DNA of 64,000 nt, from assembly GCA_951406725.2 (NCBI GenBank), contig OX597821.1, positions 112,158,001-112,222,000 on the forward strand, read 5' to 3'. Position numbers and translations under genes: made by a program. The stretch is from Octopus vulgaris (lineage: Eukaryota). This document shows positions 41,220-54,705 of this stretch, in pieces. Numbering within the stretch: the first letter of the stretch is position 1; every line of letters starts with the position of its first letter. Below the pieces are notes generated by a model that saw only the letters and a program-made list of their open reading frames with translations, ran no database searches and was not told the DNA's origin.

Positions 41220-41630
41220 AGGGCGACATGCTGTGCTTGAGGAGATCTATTGAGTCATGTACATGAACATCAAAATGAAAATCAAATGGAGATTGTAGTT
41301 GTGATCCCCATGCCGGTGGCTCATAAAAAGCACCATCCAAATATGGCCGATGCCAGCACCACCTTGACTGGCTTCTGTGCCGGTGGCATGTAAAAAGCAC
41401 CAACAGACTGTGGCCATTGCCAGCCTCCTCTGGCCCCTGTGCTGGTGGCACGTAAAAAGCACCCACTACACTCTTGAAGTGGTTGGCGTTAGGAAGGTCA
41501 TCCAGCTGTAGAAAGACTGCCAGATCAAATTGGAGCCTGGTGCAGCCTCCTGGTTTCCCAGACCCCAATCGAACCGTCCAACACATCTAGCATGGACAAC
41601 AGATATTAAACAATGATGATGATGGTGAAC
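41220..41630 (+). mobile_element. Longer family C copy with three ~65-bp internal modules
   Basis: tgc(c/t)ggtggca.gtaaaaagcacc at 41311, 41378 and 41440, upstream of the family C tail. Confidence 0.7.
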
Positions 41631-42486
41631 ATGAAATGGTGGTAGTGATGATGATGATGATGATGTGGGTAAGACCCTAAAATGCACTCCTTTGTTTTTG
41701 GTTATATTAGAGCTAAGAAGATAACAGTTTTAAGTTCAATCTCAGATCAGGGCACCAAAAGACGAAAAAGAATAAAAACAGACAAAGAGAGTTTTGTTGT
41801 CAACAGTATTAAACAAGATCAAACCTTCTTCCTATGAATAAAACTGAACAGATTAAGACATAATTCTAGATAATCTCAGTGGAAATATTACACTGTCATA
41901 TAGGTGAAGTTTAAAGGATTGTAGTTTTGATTTTATGATTAAAAATACCAAAAACAGAGAGAAAAAAAGACTGTGGTTGCCATCTTGTTTGCAATAAATG
42001 ACCTATTTTTGTATGGCGGCAAACTTCTGTCTGATACCATGACAACAGCACTTGCATTAGCGTCAGTTTGACATTTTTAAATATTTTTTTTTGTTATTTA
42101 TTTTTTCCAGTGGAATCACAAGAAAGAAATATGATATTTTGGCAATAACACCATGGAACATTCAATATAGACCAAACAAAAAGCAGTAAAAGACAGACAG
42201 ATCTAAGCTGAATTCAAGTTCCCATTGTTTGCATACAGTCTCCACTCCTTTCTTCCTGCAATTCATGTCACATGTTATTTGAATTTGGATTATCTTGTAT
42301 TACAGTTATCCAATTCCATGTATTTTCCCTGTCTCCATTTTAATCAAAAACTTGTGATTTTTGTGATAAAGAATTATAAATAATTCCAACAAACTGTGGC
42401 ACCGCAGATTTAAAGTTTCTACACATTACCACTTTAACTTAGCAAAAACTATATTCCACTCATACACACACACACACATACATACA

Positions 42487-42892
42487 CAGGATGTTCAAAA
42501 CGTCCCTCCGCAGTGAATTTTCTGGTGAACGGATTATTTCGAAGGGACTTTGGTCACCGAGAACACCTGATTTAACACCTCCAGACTTTTTTTTCTGGGG
42601 GAGCAAGTAAAAGATCAGTGTACAAGAATTGCCCGAAAACCATTAATGAGCTAAAAGAATCAATCATAACCTTCACACGGTCCATACCGCATCAGACTCT
42701 CCAAGATGTATTTCAAAACATGTGGAGAAGAATGAACTTATGTACCGAAAAGGAAGGACAACACTTTCAACACATCTTATAAAGTTTTTTTGAGTCTTGT
42801 CAAGTCTAATATATTCTTTTGTAGTCTTTATACCATCTTATAAATATTTATTTTGCAGTAAAATACTGCGGACAGACTTTTTGAACACCCTG
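42487..42892 (+). mobile_element. Tc1/mariner-superfamily deletion derivative (transposase C-terminus only)
   Basis: Imperfect ~28-bp TIRs caggatgttcaaaacgtccctccgcagt / actgcggacagactttttgaacaccctg, followed by TA. Interior encodes ERIISKGLWSPRTPDLTPPDFFFWG/(frameshift)VYKNCPKTINELKESI...WRRMNLCTEKEGQHFQHIL* (WPPRSPDL motif). Confidence 0.88.
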
Positions 42893-43675
42893 TATATACA
42901 CAAAGCACATAATCACAGAGATATATTCTAAATGCAAAGCACAAACATACATAGATGCATGCATACACACACACACACACACGCATACAAAGAACTAGAA
43001 ATAAAGACATATAGCAGGAGTGGCTGTGTGGTAAGTGGCTTGCTTACGGAAACTGAAAGAAGCCTGTCATATGTCTACATATATATATAGTTATCTGTAT
43101 GTGCCTTTGTGTCTGTGTTTGTCCCCCAGCACTGCTTGACAACCAGTGTTGGTATATTTACGTCCCCGTAGCTTAGTGTTTTGGTAAAAGAGGCAAACAG
43201 GATAAGTACCAAGCTTAAAAAAAACAGTACTGGGGTTGATTCAACCGCGTAAACCCCTTCAGGCCAGTTTCCTGGAATGGCTGCAGTCCAATGATTGAAG
43301 CAAGTAAAGGGGAAATGAATATATATGGATGCACGCAGGTACAAACACACTGAGAACTGGCTGGTATATATGTAAACTGTGTAATTCAATAAGATTCACA
43401 CGAAAGCGGAATGTATAGGAAAATCAGTAATGGAGAAGAATTAATGTTTGAGAAATCATTTATTGTAAGGTGTGAGTGTGTGTGTGTGTATAATCTATAA
43501 CAAGCCATTAGGGAGTTTGTATATAATATTTCTAGATATAGCTTACACAGTGTGTTTGTGTGTGTGTTCTATAAATATAGGGGATATTACAGATTCTGTA
43601 ATAAACGATGTGTGTGTATATATATGTGTAAAGTACAAGTACATATACATTATATATAGCATACACACTCTCAAA

Positions 43676-43725
<50 letters not shown>

Positions 43726-43820
43726 GCACAGATATATACAGACGTACAATACGCATATATCATGTATATATACACATATATATATGTACATACATATATA
43801 CATGCACTATGTGTATGTAT

Positions 43821-43851
<31 letters not shown>

Positions 43852-43928
43852 ATATATATATATATATAATATATATATATATACATATGTGTGTATGTAT
43901 GTATGATATATGTATGTATGTATGTATG

Positions 43929-43996
<68 letters not shown>

Positions 43997-44564
43997 TTGT
44001 CTGTAAACCATAAGTGTCTGTTAGAGAGGCTGTATGTCATATTCCTCAATATAAAATCCACTTACAATCTATTAGAGAATGTGTTTGCAATATTTCTCGA
44101 TGTAGAATAGAACAGCCTCGGGACAATGGTACCCCTCCATCACTATTTCCTCATCCAATATTCCATAATAGTACTTGTAAATTGGTAAACTGATTTCCCT
44201 AGCGCCATTTATTATGAAACCTCACCCATCAGTCAATCACAGCATGGTCGGTGTCGTGTATACTAACGTAGAACAGAAACTATGTGGCACCCCATAAAAT
44301 TGAATATTGGTTCTTCAATTTTGGTGATATATATTCAGGCATTCATTAAATTATATTATAAGTGGCTGAGTACACCACAGATGCATATATATACATTTCA
44401 CTTTTGTTTTATGTCCAGTTTTCCTTGCTTGTATGGATCTGAGTTTATTGATAGAAAATTTTTCTCCAGCTGGGTACCCTTCCTGTCACCAACCCTTGCT
44501 TGTTTTCAAGCTAAGGAAGGTAATACTTCCCTACCAGCAGTAAAGTAATATTTCCCCAGGGCCA

Positions 44565-44895
44565 GATGTCAGGGCAGGGATCTCCCCATAGGCTGGTGCA
44601 GCCTGCTTCTGGTACCATGTAAACCAGTACAACCTGTTCCATGATCGAGCGGTAGGCAACCGAACCGGTTCCCACCGTTTGAGTAGCTTAATATTCTTGG
44701 GAGGAGGGTGTCTGGGCTGCCTGCTGGCAAACAACTGACCAGCTGGGGACAGCAATGGCAAACCACTGCAATATCTCTGCCAAGAAAACACTTTGAGAAC
44801 ATCAGGATGAAGTAACGCTATGGCTTTATCTGGAAGCATTTTGTTGTAGTGGCATCAATGCATCGCAAAAGTGTACGATAGATGATAACGACAAA
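44565..44895 (+). mobile_element. GC-rich repeat with RTE/Bov-B-like segment
   Basis: gcaatggcaaaccactgc...tgccaagaaaac resembles RTE/Bov-B-derived SINE sequence. It ends in degenerate (GAT)n. Confidence 0.45.
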
Positions 44896-45314
44896 TGGCC
44901 ATTTAGGACAATCATACGATGCTGAGACAAACGTAGAGATAAACACATAGATATATACACAATGGGCTTCTTTCAGTTTCCATTTACCAAATCCACTGAC
45001 AAAGCTTACACATACACATATACATATCTACACAATGAGCTTCTTGCAGTTTCCATCTATTAAATCCACTAACAAGGCTTTGGTTGGCTCAAAGCTATAG
45101 CAGAAGACACTTGCCCAAGGTGCCATACAGTGGGGCTGAACCCCAAACCATGTGTTTGGAAAGCAAACTACTTACCACACAGCCACACCTGAGCTTTAAT
45201 ATAAATCTCCATCAGACTGTGTGTGCGTGTAACAAAGCAAGGCCTTTGTATCAGAGGCATCTTTGTATCAGGGGTACCCTTTGTATCAGAGGTACAAGTC
45301 ATCCAATAATGAAC

Positions 45315-45588
45315 GTGTATATATATGAATTTTTTACGTAATGAGATAAAAAAACCAAGGCTGTATAGATATTAGAGCATTTATAGATAGAAGGTCTTAC
45401 AGTTGTTTCTAGGATATTAATTAATAATAATATCCTAATTTTTCCTCTCACACCGTCTCCGATGAAGGGATATTATAATTAATTAATATTCTAGAAACAG
45501 CTGTAAGACCTTCTATCTATAAATGCTCTAATATCTATACAGCCTTGGTTTTTTTATCTCATTACGCAAAAAATTGATATATATACAT
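45315..45588. mobile_element. Penelope-like inverted-repeat element containing a minimal hammerhead-like motif
   Basis: ~120-bp near-perfect inverted arms (45315-45435 and 45468-45588) with a 32-bp spacer and (TA)n at both ends. Hammerhead-like core on the + strand at 45455-45509. Confidence 0.7.
45455..45509 (+). ncRNA. Minimal type I hammerhead ribozyme (U4C variant, possibly inactive)
   Basis: GUCU-CCGAUGA-A-GGGAUAUUA/loop/UAAUAUUCU-A-GAAAC-AGCU-GUA-AGAC. Stem I is GUCU/AGAC, stem II is 9 bp, and stem III is vestigial with a palindromic AGCU loop. Confidence 0.6.
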
Positions 45589-45811
45589 GCTGACATAGAA
45601 ACTTAACTATGGTCTGTCTATAGCACTTATTCAGTAATACCTGATATCTTCGGGTCTCAATAACACCATTAGCTCTTTATATATATATTTATATATATAT
45701 ATTAAGCACCAGACAAATACTGGGGTTCATGTAATTGAGTAAGCCCGTTTTTCTCAAATATTACCAGCTCTGTGGCGAAATTTGAAAAACCATTATCACC
45801 ATTATTATTTT

Positions 45812-46306
45812 CTCTTTGTCACATGTTTTGTTGGAGATCCTGGAGTCTTGCATGCATAACCGGCTTACTACCTGCAGCCCACGCTACCCTACTATCCACT
45901 CTTTTTAGTTATCTAATACTTTCCTGATTATTCTGGCGGTGCCAAGGAGGCAAATCTTTTGTAACAGTTCAACTTGATGCCTCCTGATACTGTTCCCAAG
46001 GACCCAACAATAATTGGCATCATCATCATCACCATCATCATCATCATTATTATTCACACAACAGATTATACTGTTGGAAAATAAAAAATTCCTAACATCA
46101 GGCTACAACCAGTAAACTTAGATGCCAAGAACCCTCCGAAGTATCCTAGCTGCCCTTAATAACACTGTTTTCTGGAGCTGTACTAAACTGGGTTTTATGC
46201 CTATTTCCTCCATCTGTTCAAATTTTTAGGGATAGTTGCCAATGCACCTATAACCACTGGGAGACATTTTACCACCACTTTCTATATCTCTCATTGATCG
46301 ATTGAC

Positions 46307-46337
<31 letters not shown>

Positions 46338-46615
46338 TATGTATACTTAACAGATAAGACTTTTGGAAAAGAATAGAATCCCAACATCAGGGAACAACAA
46401 GTAGCCATAGATGCCAAGAACCCTCCTACTGGGGGACAGCAAGTAACCTTAGATGCCAAGAACCTTCCTAAGTATCTTAGCTGTCCCTAATAACATCATC
46501 ATTATTATTATTATTATTAATATACACTCAACAGATTACACTGTTGGTAAAGAAAAGCATCCAAACATTTGGCTACAACAAACAGCCTTAGATGCCAAGA
46601 ACCCTCCCACTGGGT
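45812..46615 (-). mobile_element. Cluster of at least 4 short 3'-end fragments of R4/Dong-like (RLE) LINEs in (TAA)n
   Basis: Minus strand encodes PIIVGSLGTV..VELLQKICLLGTARIIRKVLDN* (45.9-46.0 kb) and LPVVIGALATIPKN..LVQLQKTVLLRAARILRRVLGI* (46.1-46.28 kb). The tail ggttcttggcatcta recurs at ~46120, 46410, 46450 and 46590, with (TAA)n tracts between the fragments. Confidence 0.75.
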
Positions 46616-46738
46616 TATTATCATTATTATTATCATCATCATCATTATCATTAAGACAGCAAGCTGGCAATATCGTTAGCATCCCCTCCCCACCAAATTT
46701 CAGGCCTTGTGTCAATATTAGAAAGGGTTATTATTATT

Positions 46739-47790
46739 CAATGCAGAGTTGAAGATTTTGGCCAAGGTGTTAGCCAAGAGGTTGGCGCTTATCATGGACA
46801 AACGGTTGGTGAGGCACAAACTTTCGCCATCCCAACCAAGAGTATTCATGATAACCTCCATCTTATGTGCTACATCATAGAGAGCATGGGTAATGAAGCT
46901 GGCATGGGTGAGGCTCTCATCAATTTAGAGCAATCAAGCTTTTGATAGGGTTGACCATCAATACTTGGCAGCTGTACTCAGGGCAGCTGGTTGTGTCAAC
47001 TAAGCTGCAATCCTGGATTAGGTGTAGACCGAAGGGGGCACTTGGCACCTCGAGTGTTGTCAAGCGCTCACAGCCCTCCACCAGGTGGGCAATGCAGTCG
47101 GTGGTAGTTCTACTCTAGCATTCTATATAGAGCTAGTGGAAGGAAAGTGCAACGATGTTCTTGGGGAAACAGTTCTGCATGCCCTAGTCCAATGCCCGAG
47201 TATTGCTGACCTTTGGGTTTATGCCAAACACCTGCTGTTGCATGTGGAATGGATCCAGCTTCAGTTGAATCCTTTGTGAAGATTGCTCTGCCACTCTCTT
47301 TTGGCCAGGAGGGGCAGGCAATTTTTATTTGTCTTGTGGCTGTAGCAAAACAGGTAGCATGGTGGACCTGATTGAAAGGGCTAAAGACAGACACTTTCCT
47401 CTTTGGCCAAGCCCTCATCCAACTTTTCCAAGTTTCACTTGAAAAGGAAATTGAGGGTGGAGAGGGAAGTGTTGCCTTGTAACAAGTTTGTTGAAAGGTG
47501 GGTGAATGTTGGAAGAATGGCCAGTGTGAAAGGACCAATTCTGAGCATGCACCTGTAAACGAAAGGAGAAGGTCTCTTACCCTGTTGTTCAGGCACCCGT
47601 GGCTTTTCTAGGTTTTTCCATGAGTTCCTTAATGCACCTCTCCTATTAGGAGTTGTAAGTTGTTTAATTTTGATTATTTATATTGTTAACACGTTGTAAA
47701 ACCCATTGTATCATCCTGTTTTTGACGTTTATGTTGTTGCATGTCTTTTAATGTAATTTTATGCGAGCCCTTGTGGCCAATAAAAGAATG
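46739..47790 (+). mobile_element. Tx1/L1-clade LINE, 5'-truncated and internally deleted
   Basis: Frameshifted RT: NAELKILAKVLAKRL..VGEAQTFAIPTKSIHDNLHL..INLEQS/AFDRVDHQYL. C-terminal ETVLHALVQCP zinc-finger remnant and ERWVNV. 3' end ccttgtggccaataaaagaat runs into (ATT)n. Confidence 0.85.
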
Positions 47791-48160
47791 AATTGTTATT
47801 ATTATTATTACTACTACTATTAATAGTAGTAGTAGTAGTGGTGGTGGTGGTAGCAATATTGTTAGCAACATATCGTCCAACCTCTTTCTTTATCATTAAC
47901 AAATAATTAAGACGAGTTAGTAGCATTAATACATTAAGTGGATCCTCCAAATGTTAAGCTTTCGGTAACGAGGTGGAGAAAGAAAAATCAAGTGTTTAAT
48001 CACCTCCTCCCACTCCTCACCCCCACCCCCACCACATAATTCGGTTAATACAGATTAGGAAGATTAATTTATAGAGTTGAATTTTAGGTTCCATCGTCTT
48101 TTTTGATATTACTGTAGTCATCTGTGTGTGTGTGTGTGAGTACATGAGTGTGTGCATGTG

Positions 48161-48508
48161 TGTGTGTGTGTACGCATGTGAGTATGTACATGTATAAGCA
48201 TGTGTGTATGCACATGTATGTGTGCATGTGCGTATGCATGTATGAGAGTGTGTATGTGTGCCTGTGTGTGTGTGTGTGTGTACGCATGTGAGTATGTACA
48301 TGTATAAGCATGTGTGTATGCACATGTATGTGTGCATGTGCGTATGCATGTATGAGAGTGTGTATGTGTGCCTGTGTGTGTGTGTGTGTGTACGCATGTG
48401 AGTATGTACATGTATAAGCATGTGTGTATGCACATGTATGTGTGCATGTGCGTATGCATGTATGAGAGTGTGTATGTGTGCCTGTGTGTGTGTGTGTGTG
48501 TACGCATG
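48161..48508. repeat. 3 x 110-bp perfect higher-order repeat of alternating purine-pyrimidine sequence
   Basis: agtatgtacatgtataagca at 48181, 48291 and 48401. Confidence 0.9.
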
Positions 48509-48939
48509 CGAATGCGAGCATGTATGTGAGTATGCATATGCATGTGAGCATGTGTGTGTGCATGTAAGTGTGCATATGTGAGAGTACATATGCATGCAAA
48601 TGCATATTGTGACTGCATGTGTGAGAGAGCACATATGCATGTGAATGCATGTGTAAGTGTAAGAGTGTGTATGTGCACGCAGGAGTATATGTGCACATAC
48701 ACGTGCATCTGCATGTAAGCATTTTTTTTAGTTTTTGATTTTGGGTTTCTTATTTTGTTTTTGCATTTTATAAAGCATTTATTTATTAGTTCAAGAATAT
48801 TCCTCATTTTTCCAACATTTTCTGAAGCACGCTCTCCCCACCCCATCATACTTTGCCACCCTTATTCTCTCTCTCTCACTCTCTAATATTTCACAGTTTT
48901 AATGAGGTAATCACTTCCAGACTATTTTTTAAAACTATA

Positions 48940-49762
<823 letters not shown>

Positions 49763-51100
49763 AATTGATTTTCAAAGTTTATTGTTTGAGATTAGCTCTT
49801 TGATGGTTAAAGTTGTAGTTGTTGAGTATAAAAAAAATGTATACACACGGTTGCTGTGTGTAGCAATCAGTTATACATACCTGAGAGAAATCAATATCTG
49901 CAGAACGGTGTGTGTGTACACATGCGTGTGTGCGGTGTTATGAATGCATGCGCGCATGTATGCATGAGTATGTATATACAAATGCATGCACGTATGTATG
50001 TACGTCAGTCTACATTTATATATACATGTACGTGCACATTTACGCATGCGTGTGTATATGTAGGGATCTATGTGTATGAATGTACGTAGTCCTATATTTG
50101 AGTATGTGTGTGAAGGGAGGTGTATATATGTATGTAGGGATGCTAGTATGTATGTGTGTGTATGTCACCACCACCACCATCATCATCATCATTTAGCATC
50201 TGCTTTCCATACTGGGGTCTGGGAAGCCAGGAGGCTGCATCAGGCTCCAATCGGATCTGGCAAGGTTTCTACAGCTGGATGCCCTTCCTAACGCCAACCA
50301 CTTAGATAGTGCAGTGGGTGGTTTTTACGTGCCACCAGCATGGGAGGCAGTCAGGCAACCCTGGCGTCAATCACGTTCAGATAGTGCTTTTTACGTGCCA
50401 CCAGCAAGAGAGCCAGTCAGGGGGCATTGCCATCAGCCATGGTTGGATAGTGCACTTTACATGCCACCAGAACAGGAGCCAGTCAGAGGGCACTGGCCAC
50501 AGCTACGATTTTGGTTATATATATATATATATATATATATGCAAGGAGTGTTAGTGCCCATGGCATGTAAAAGGCACCATTCAAGCGTAGTCATTGCCAG
50601 TGCCTCCTGATTGGCCCTTGTACTGGTGGCACATAAAAAGCACCCACTAAACTCTTGGAGTGGTTGAAATAAAGTGGAGGAGGTACGTGGCTTAGTGGTT
50701 ACAGTGTTGCACTCATAATTATAAGATTGTGGTTTTGATTCCTGGACTGGGTGATGCATTGTGTTCTTGAGCAAAACACTTCATTTCACGTTAGTCCAGT
50801 CCACTTTTGCCAGCTCACCACCTTAATTAATAATAATAATAAGACCGATAGGGCACAGAAAGTGTGTCAATAGCCAGCTGGAGAAGATGTTCTCCTGGGG
50901 CTACAAGCTACAGTAACATCCACAATAATAGTAATAATAATAATATTAATAGTAATAATATTGGTGGTTGGCGTTAGGAAGGGCATCCAGCTGTAGAAAC
51001 ATTGCCAGATTAGACTGGAGCCTGGTGCAGCCTTCTGGCTTCCCAGAACCCTGGTCGAACCGTCCAACCCATGCTAGCATGGAGAACGGACGTTAAACAA

Positions 51101-51166
<66 letters not shown>

Positions 51167-51168
<2 letters not shown>

Positions 51169-51716
51169 CCTTTCTACTAAAGGCACAAGGCCTGAAATTT
51201 GTGCAGAGGGGACTAGTCGATTACATTGACCCCAAAAGATGAAAGGCAAAGTTGACCGTAGCAGGATTTGAACTCTGAACATGACAGATGAAATACAGCT
51301 AAGCATTTCACCCAGCAGGCTTAACGATTCTTATTTCTTCATTACCCACAAGGGGCTAAACATAGAGGGGATAAACAAAGACAGACAAAGGGATTAAATT
51401 GATTACGCTGACCACAGTGCATAACTGGTACTTAATTTATCGACCCTAAAAGTATGAAAGGCAAAGTCGACCTTGGCAGAATGCTTAACGATTCTGCCAG
51501 CTTCACACCTTAATAACTGTAAGAATCCTTTCTACTATAGGCACAAGGCCTGAAATTTAGGACGAGGGGGTAAGTTGATTACATTGACCCCAGCGCATAA
51601 CTGGTACTTAGTTGGTAAAGTTGACCTTGGTGGAATTTGAACTCAGAATATAGCAACAGATGAAATACCATTAAGCATTTCACCCAGCATGCTAACGATT
51701 CTGTCAGCTTGCCGCC

Positions 51717-51766
<50 letters not shown>

Positions 51767-52290
51767 GATTATGGTTTCAGAATTTAGCACAAGACCAGAA
51801 AGTTTGGGGTTTGGGGGAGGGGGCCAAGTTGATTACAATGACCCCAATGCTTGACCAAGTGCCTATTTCCTTGGTCCAAAAAGGACGAAAGGTAAAGTCG
51901 ATCTCGGTGGAATTTGAACTCTGAACATAAAGATGAATGAAATGCTGCGAAGCATTTTTGCCAGTGCAGTAATGATTCTCCCAGCTTGCTGTCTTCAGTT
52001 CTACATTAATACTGGTTAGAACATTTGGCACAAGGACAGCAAGTCTGGAGGAGGGCCTGAGTTGATTACATCAACCTCAGTGCTGAAGCAGTACTTATTT
52101 CGTATTTGATCAACCCAAAGTCTGGAACATGGCCAGCGAATCCAGGGAAGGGACCGAGTCAATTGTATCAACCCCAGTGCACAAATGGTACCTATTTCAA
52201 CAATCCAACAGCAGCGCCTGAACTGAGAATGTAAATATGGATGAAACGTTGCTAAGCATTTTTCCCCGCATAGTAACGATTCTGCCATTT
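51167..52290 (-). mobile_element. Cluster of ~5-6 SINE family A copies and fragments
   Basis: Repeated ggcacaaggcctgaaattt..gacccc..aggcaaagtcgacc..gaatttgaactc, interleaved with (AAT)n. Confidence 0.8.
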
Positions 52291-52843
52291 CGCAACATCA
52301 AGTCCTGCATTAATATTGGCAACTATCGTCACCAATATTGGCAAGTTGCAGCAATCTTCAGACATGAATTATTTTTTTTTAATATTAGTTCTTCCCACCA
52401 AAAGTTATTATTATTATTATTATTATCATTTGTAGATTCTGGCACGTAAAATAAATTCTAAAGCCTAAAAACTTAAAAAAGATGTAAAAATAAATAAATA
52501 AATAAACAACTTAAAAGTCTTTTTATCTGCTGAGTATAAAATTAGATGTTTGGTAAAAAAAAAACAAAAAAAAACCTGCACTGACAGATCTAAGTTTTAA
52601 AATGCATACTCAGCAAAGAAAAGCTCAAATTTTTTTGAGTGATTATTATTATTATTATTATTATTGTTGTTGTTTTTGTTATTATCGTTGTTGTTGTTGT
52701 TGTTGTTGCTGTTATGCTTTTTTTTTTCATAAAGTTTCAGTTAGCTGCAGTATTGAAAAAAAAAAATAATAAAAAACAAAATTATGAATTATTCTACTTT
52801 CAAGAATTCATGCTTTCGGCTTTCCTTTTGGCAACTGTGCCAA

Positions 52844-52898
<55 letters not shown>

Positions 52899-53049
52899 GT
52901 AGAAATAATAAAAAAAAGTTAGCTTGAAGGAAATCAGATAGGATTCAGCAGATAAAATTCGCACAAAAACACAGCGCATACGTGTGTATGTCTGTTTGTC
53001 TTTCATACGCATCTCTATCTGGCCCAGTATCATCCGTTAATAAATATCA

Positions 53050-53058
53050 AAGGGAGAT

Positions 53059-53105
<47 letters not shown>

Positions 53106-53792
53106 GAGGAAGGAGAGAGGGTAGAGAGAGAGAGAGAGGAAAGAGAATGGTGAGAGAGAGAGAGTGTGAGGGAAAGAGAGTAAGAGAGGGGAAAATAGAG
53201 GAGAAGAGAGAGGAAATGGGGAAGAGAGGAGAGAGAGGAAGGAAAGAAGAGAGAAAGAGGAAATGGAGGACAGAGAACGGTGAGAGAGAGAGAATGTGAG
53301 GGAAAGAGAGCAAGAGAGGGGAAAAATAGAGGAGAAAGAAAAACATAGAGGAGAAGAGAGAGGAAAGGGGGAAGAGAGGAGAGAGAGGAAGGAGAGAAGA
53401 GAGAAAGAGGAAATGGAGGACAGAGAACGGTGAGAGAGTGAGGGAAAGAGGGTAAGAGGGGGCAAAATAGAGAGGGAGAAAGAAAAACATAGAAGGGGAA
53501 GAGAGGAGAGAGCGTGAGGAAGAGAGAACAGAGAAGAGAGGGAGGGAAAGAGAGGAGAGGAGTAAGAGGGAGGGAGGGTAAGGGGGTAAGGAAGAGAGGG
53601 AGAAAGAAAAACATGAAAAGAGGGGAGAGAGAGTAAGAGAGGAGAGAGAGTAAGAGAGGAGAGAGAGTAAGAGAGGAGAGAGAGTGAGAAAAGAGAAACA
53701 GAGAAGAGAGGGAGGGAAAACAGAGGGGAAGAGTGAGAGGTGAAAGAGAGAGGAGGAGGGACGAAAGAGAGAGAGAGAGAGGGTGAGAGAGG
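53050..53792 (+). repeat. Polypurine (GA) tract with internal duplication
   Basis: gagaaagaggaaatggaggacagagaacggtgagaga occurs twice (~53251 and ~53401). Confidence 0.85.
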
Positions 53793-54164
53793 CATGTCTA
53801 ATACTTTCCAATTCTTAGCAAGAAGGAAACAACCAAAAGTCACAAGTGGAGGCGAACAAACTAAGGAAGGTGGGAGCTGTAGACATCTAGTCAACCTGCT
53901 AGAAATAGCAGTCAAATTCCCTTTCAATTACACCCTAGCATCATCATCACATTCATTTAGTGCTCATTTTCTGTGCTGGAATGGGGGTGAACAGTCTGAT
54001 AGGTGCTGGAAAGCCAGAGGACAGCACCAAGCCCACCCACACACACTGCCTGCCAGTTTGGGTGTGGTTTCTATAGCAGGATGCGCTTCCTAATACACAG
54101 TGTACTGGGTGCTTTTTTATGTGGCACCAGCACTTGTGGAGTCACCAAGTAACTTGCAAGACAA

Positions 54165-54394
54165 ATTATTTCTTTATTGACTGGATGAGGCTAAACACAG
54201 AAGGAACAAACAAGGACAGACAAAGGGATTAAGTCTATTATATTCACCCCAGTGTGTAACTGGTACTTGTTTAATTAACCCTGAAAGGATGAAAGGCAAA
54301 GTCGACCTCGGCTAAATTTGAACTCAGAACTTAACGGCATATGAAATACCGCCAAGCATTTCGTCCGGCACGCTAACAATTCTGCCAGCTCGCC
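54165..54394 (-). mobile_element. SINE family A copy
   Basis: Reverse complement of the 18336-18566 element. Confidence 0.8.
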
Positions 54395-54412
54395 TGTACC
54401 ATTATTAGTGAA

Positions 54413-54705
54413 GGTCCTCGGCTTAATGGTTAGGGTTGTCAGCTTACAATCCTAATGTGTGAGTTCTATTCCCAGTGGTGCACTAGACACTACTTTTTGT
54501 CGTTCCAGTCTATTCACCTAGCAAAAAGGGGTTGTACCTGTATTTCAAAGGGCCACATTTGGTTTCTCATGTTGTATCCTCCAGAGAGCTACGTTAAGGG
54601 TATGTGTGTCTATGGATGACTCAGCCACTTGTAAATTAATTTCACGAGCAGGCTTTTCCACCAATCGGATCAACTGGAACTCTTGTCGTCGTAACCGACG
54701 GATTG
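54413..54705 (+). mobile_element. tRNA-derived SINE, family D
   Basis: ggcttaatggttagg...gagttctattccc head. The body actcagccacttg..cacgagcaggc..gatcaactggaac is also seen reversed at ~26195-26280. Confidence 0.6.

Noticed and set aside
41300-41470. CRISPR-like repeat-spacer pattern
   Set aside because: The spacers are homologous to each other, the array lies inside a retroelement, the context is eukaryotic and there are no cas genes.
44690-44790. HDV-like ribozyme in the RTE-like segment
   Set aside because: I could not assemble consistent P1/P2/P3 pairings by eye.
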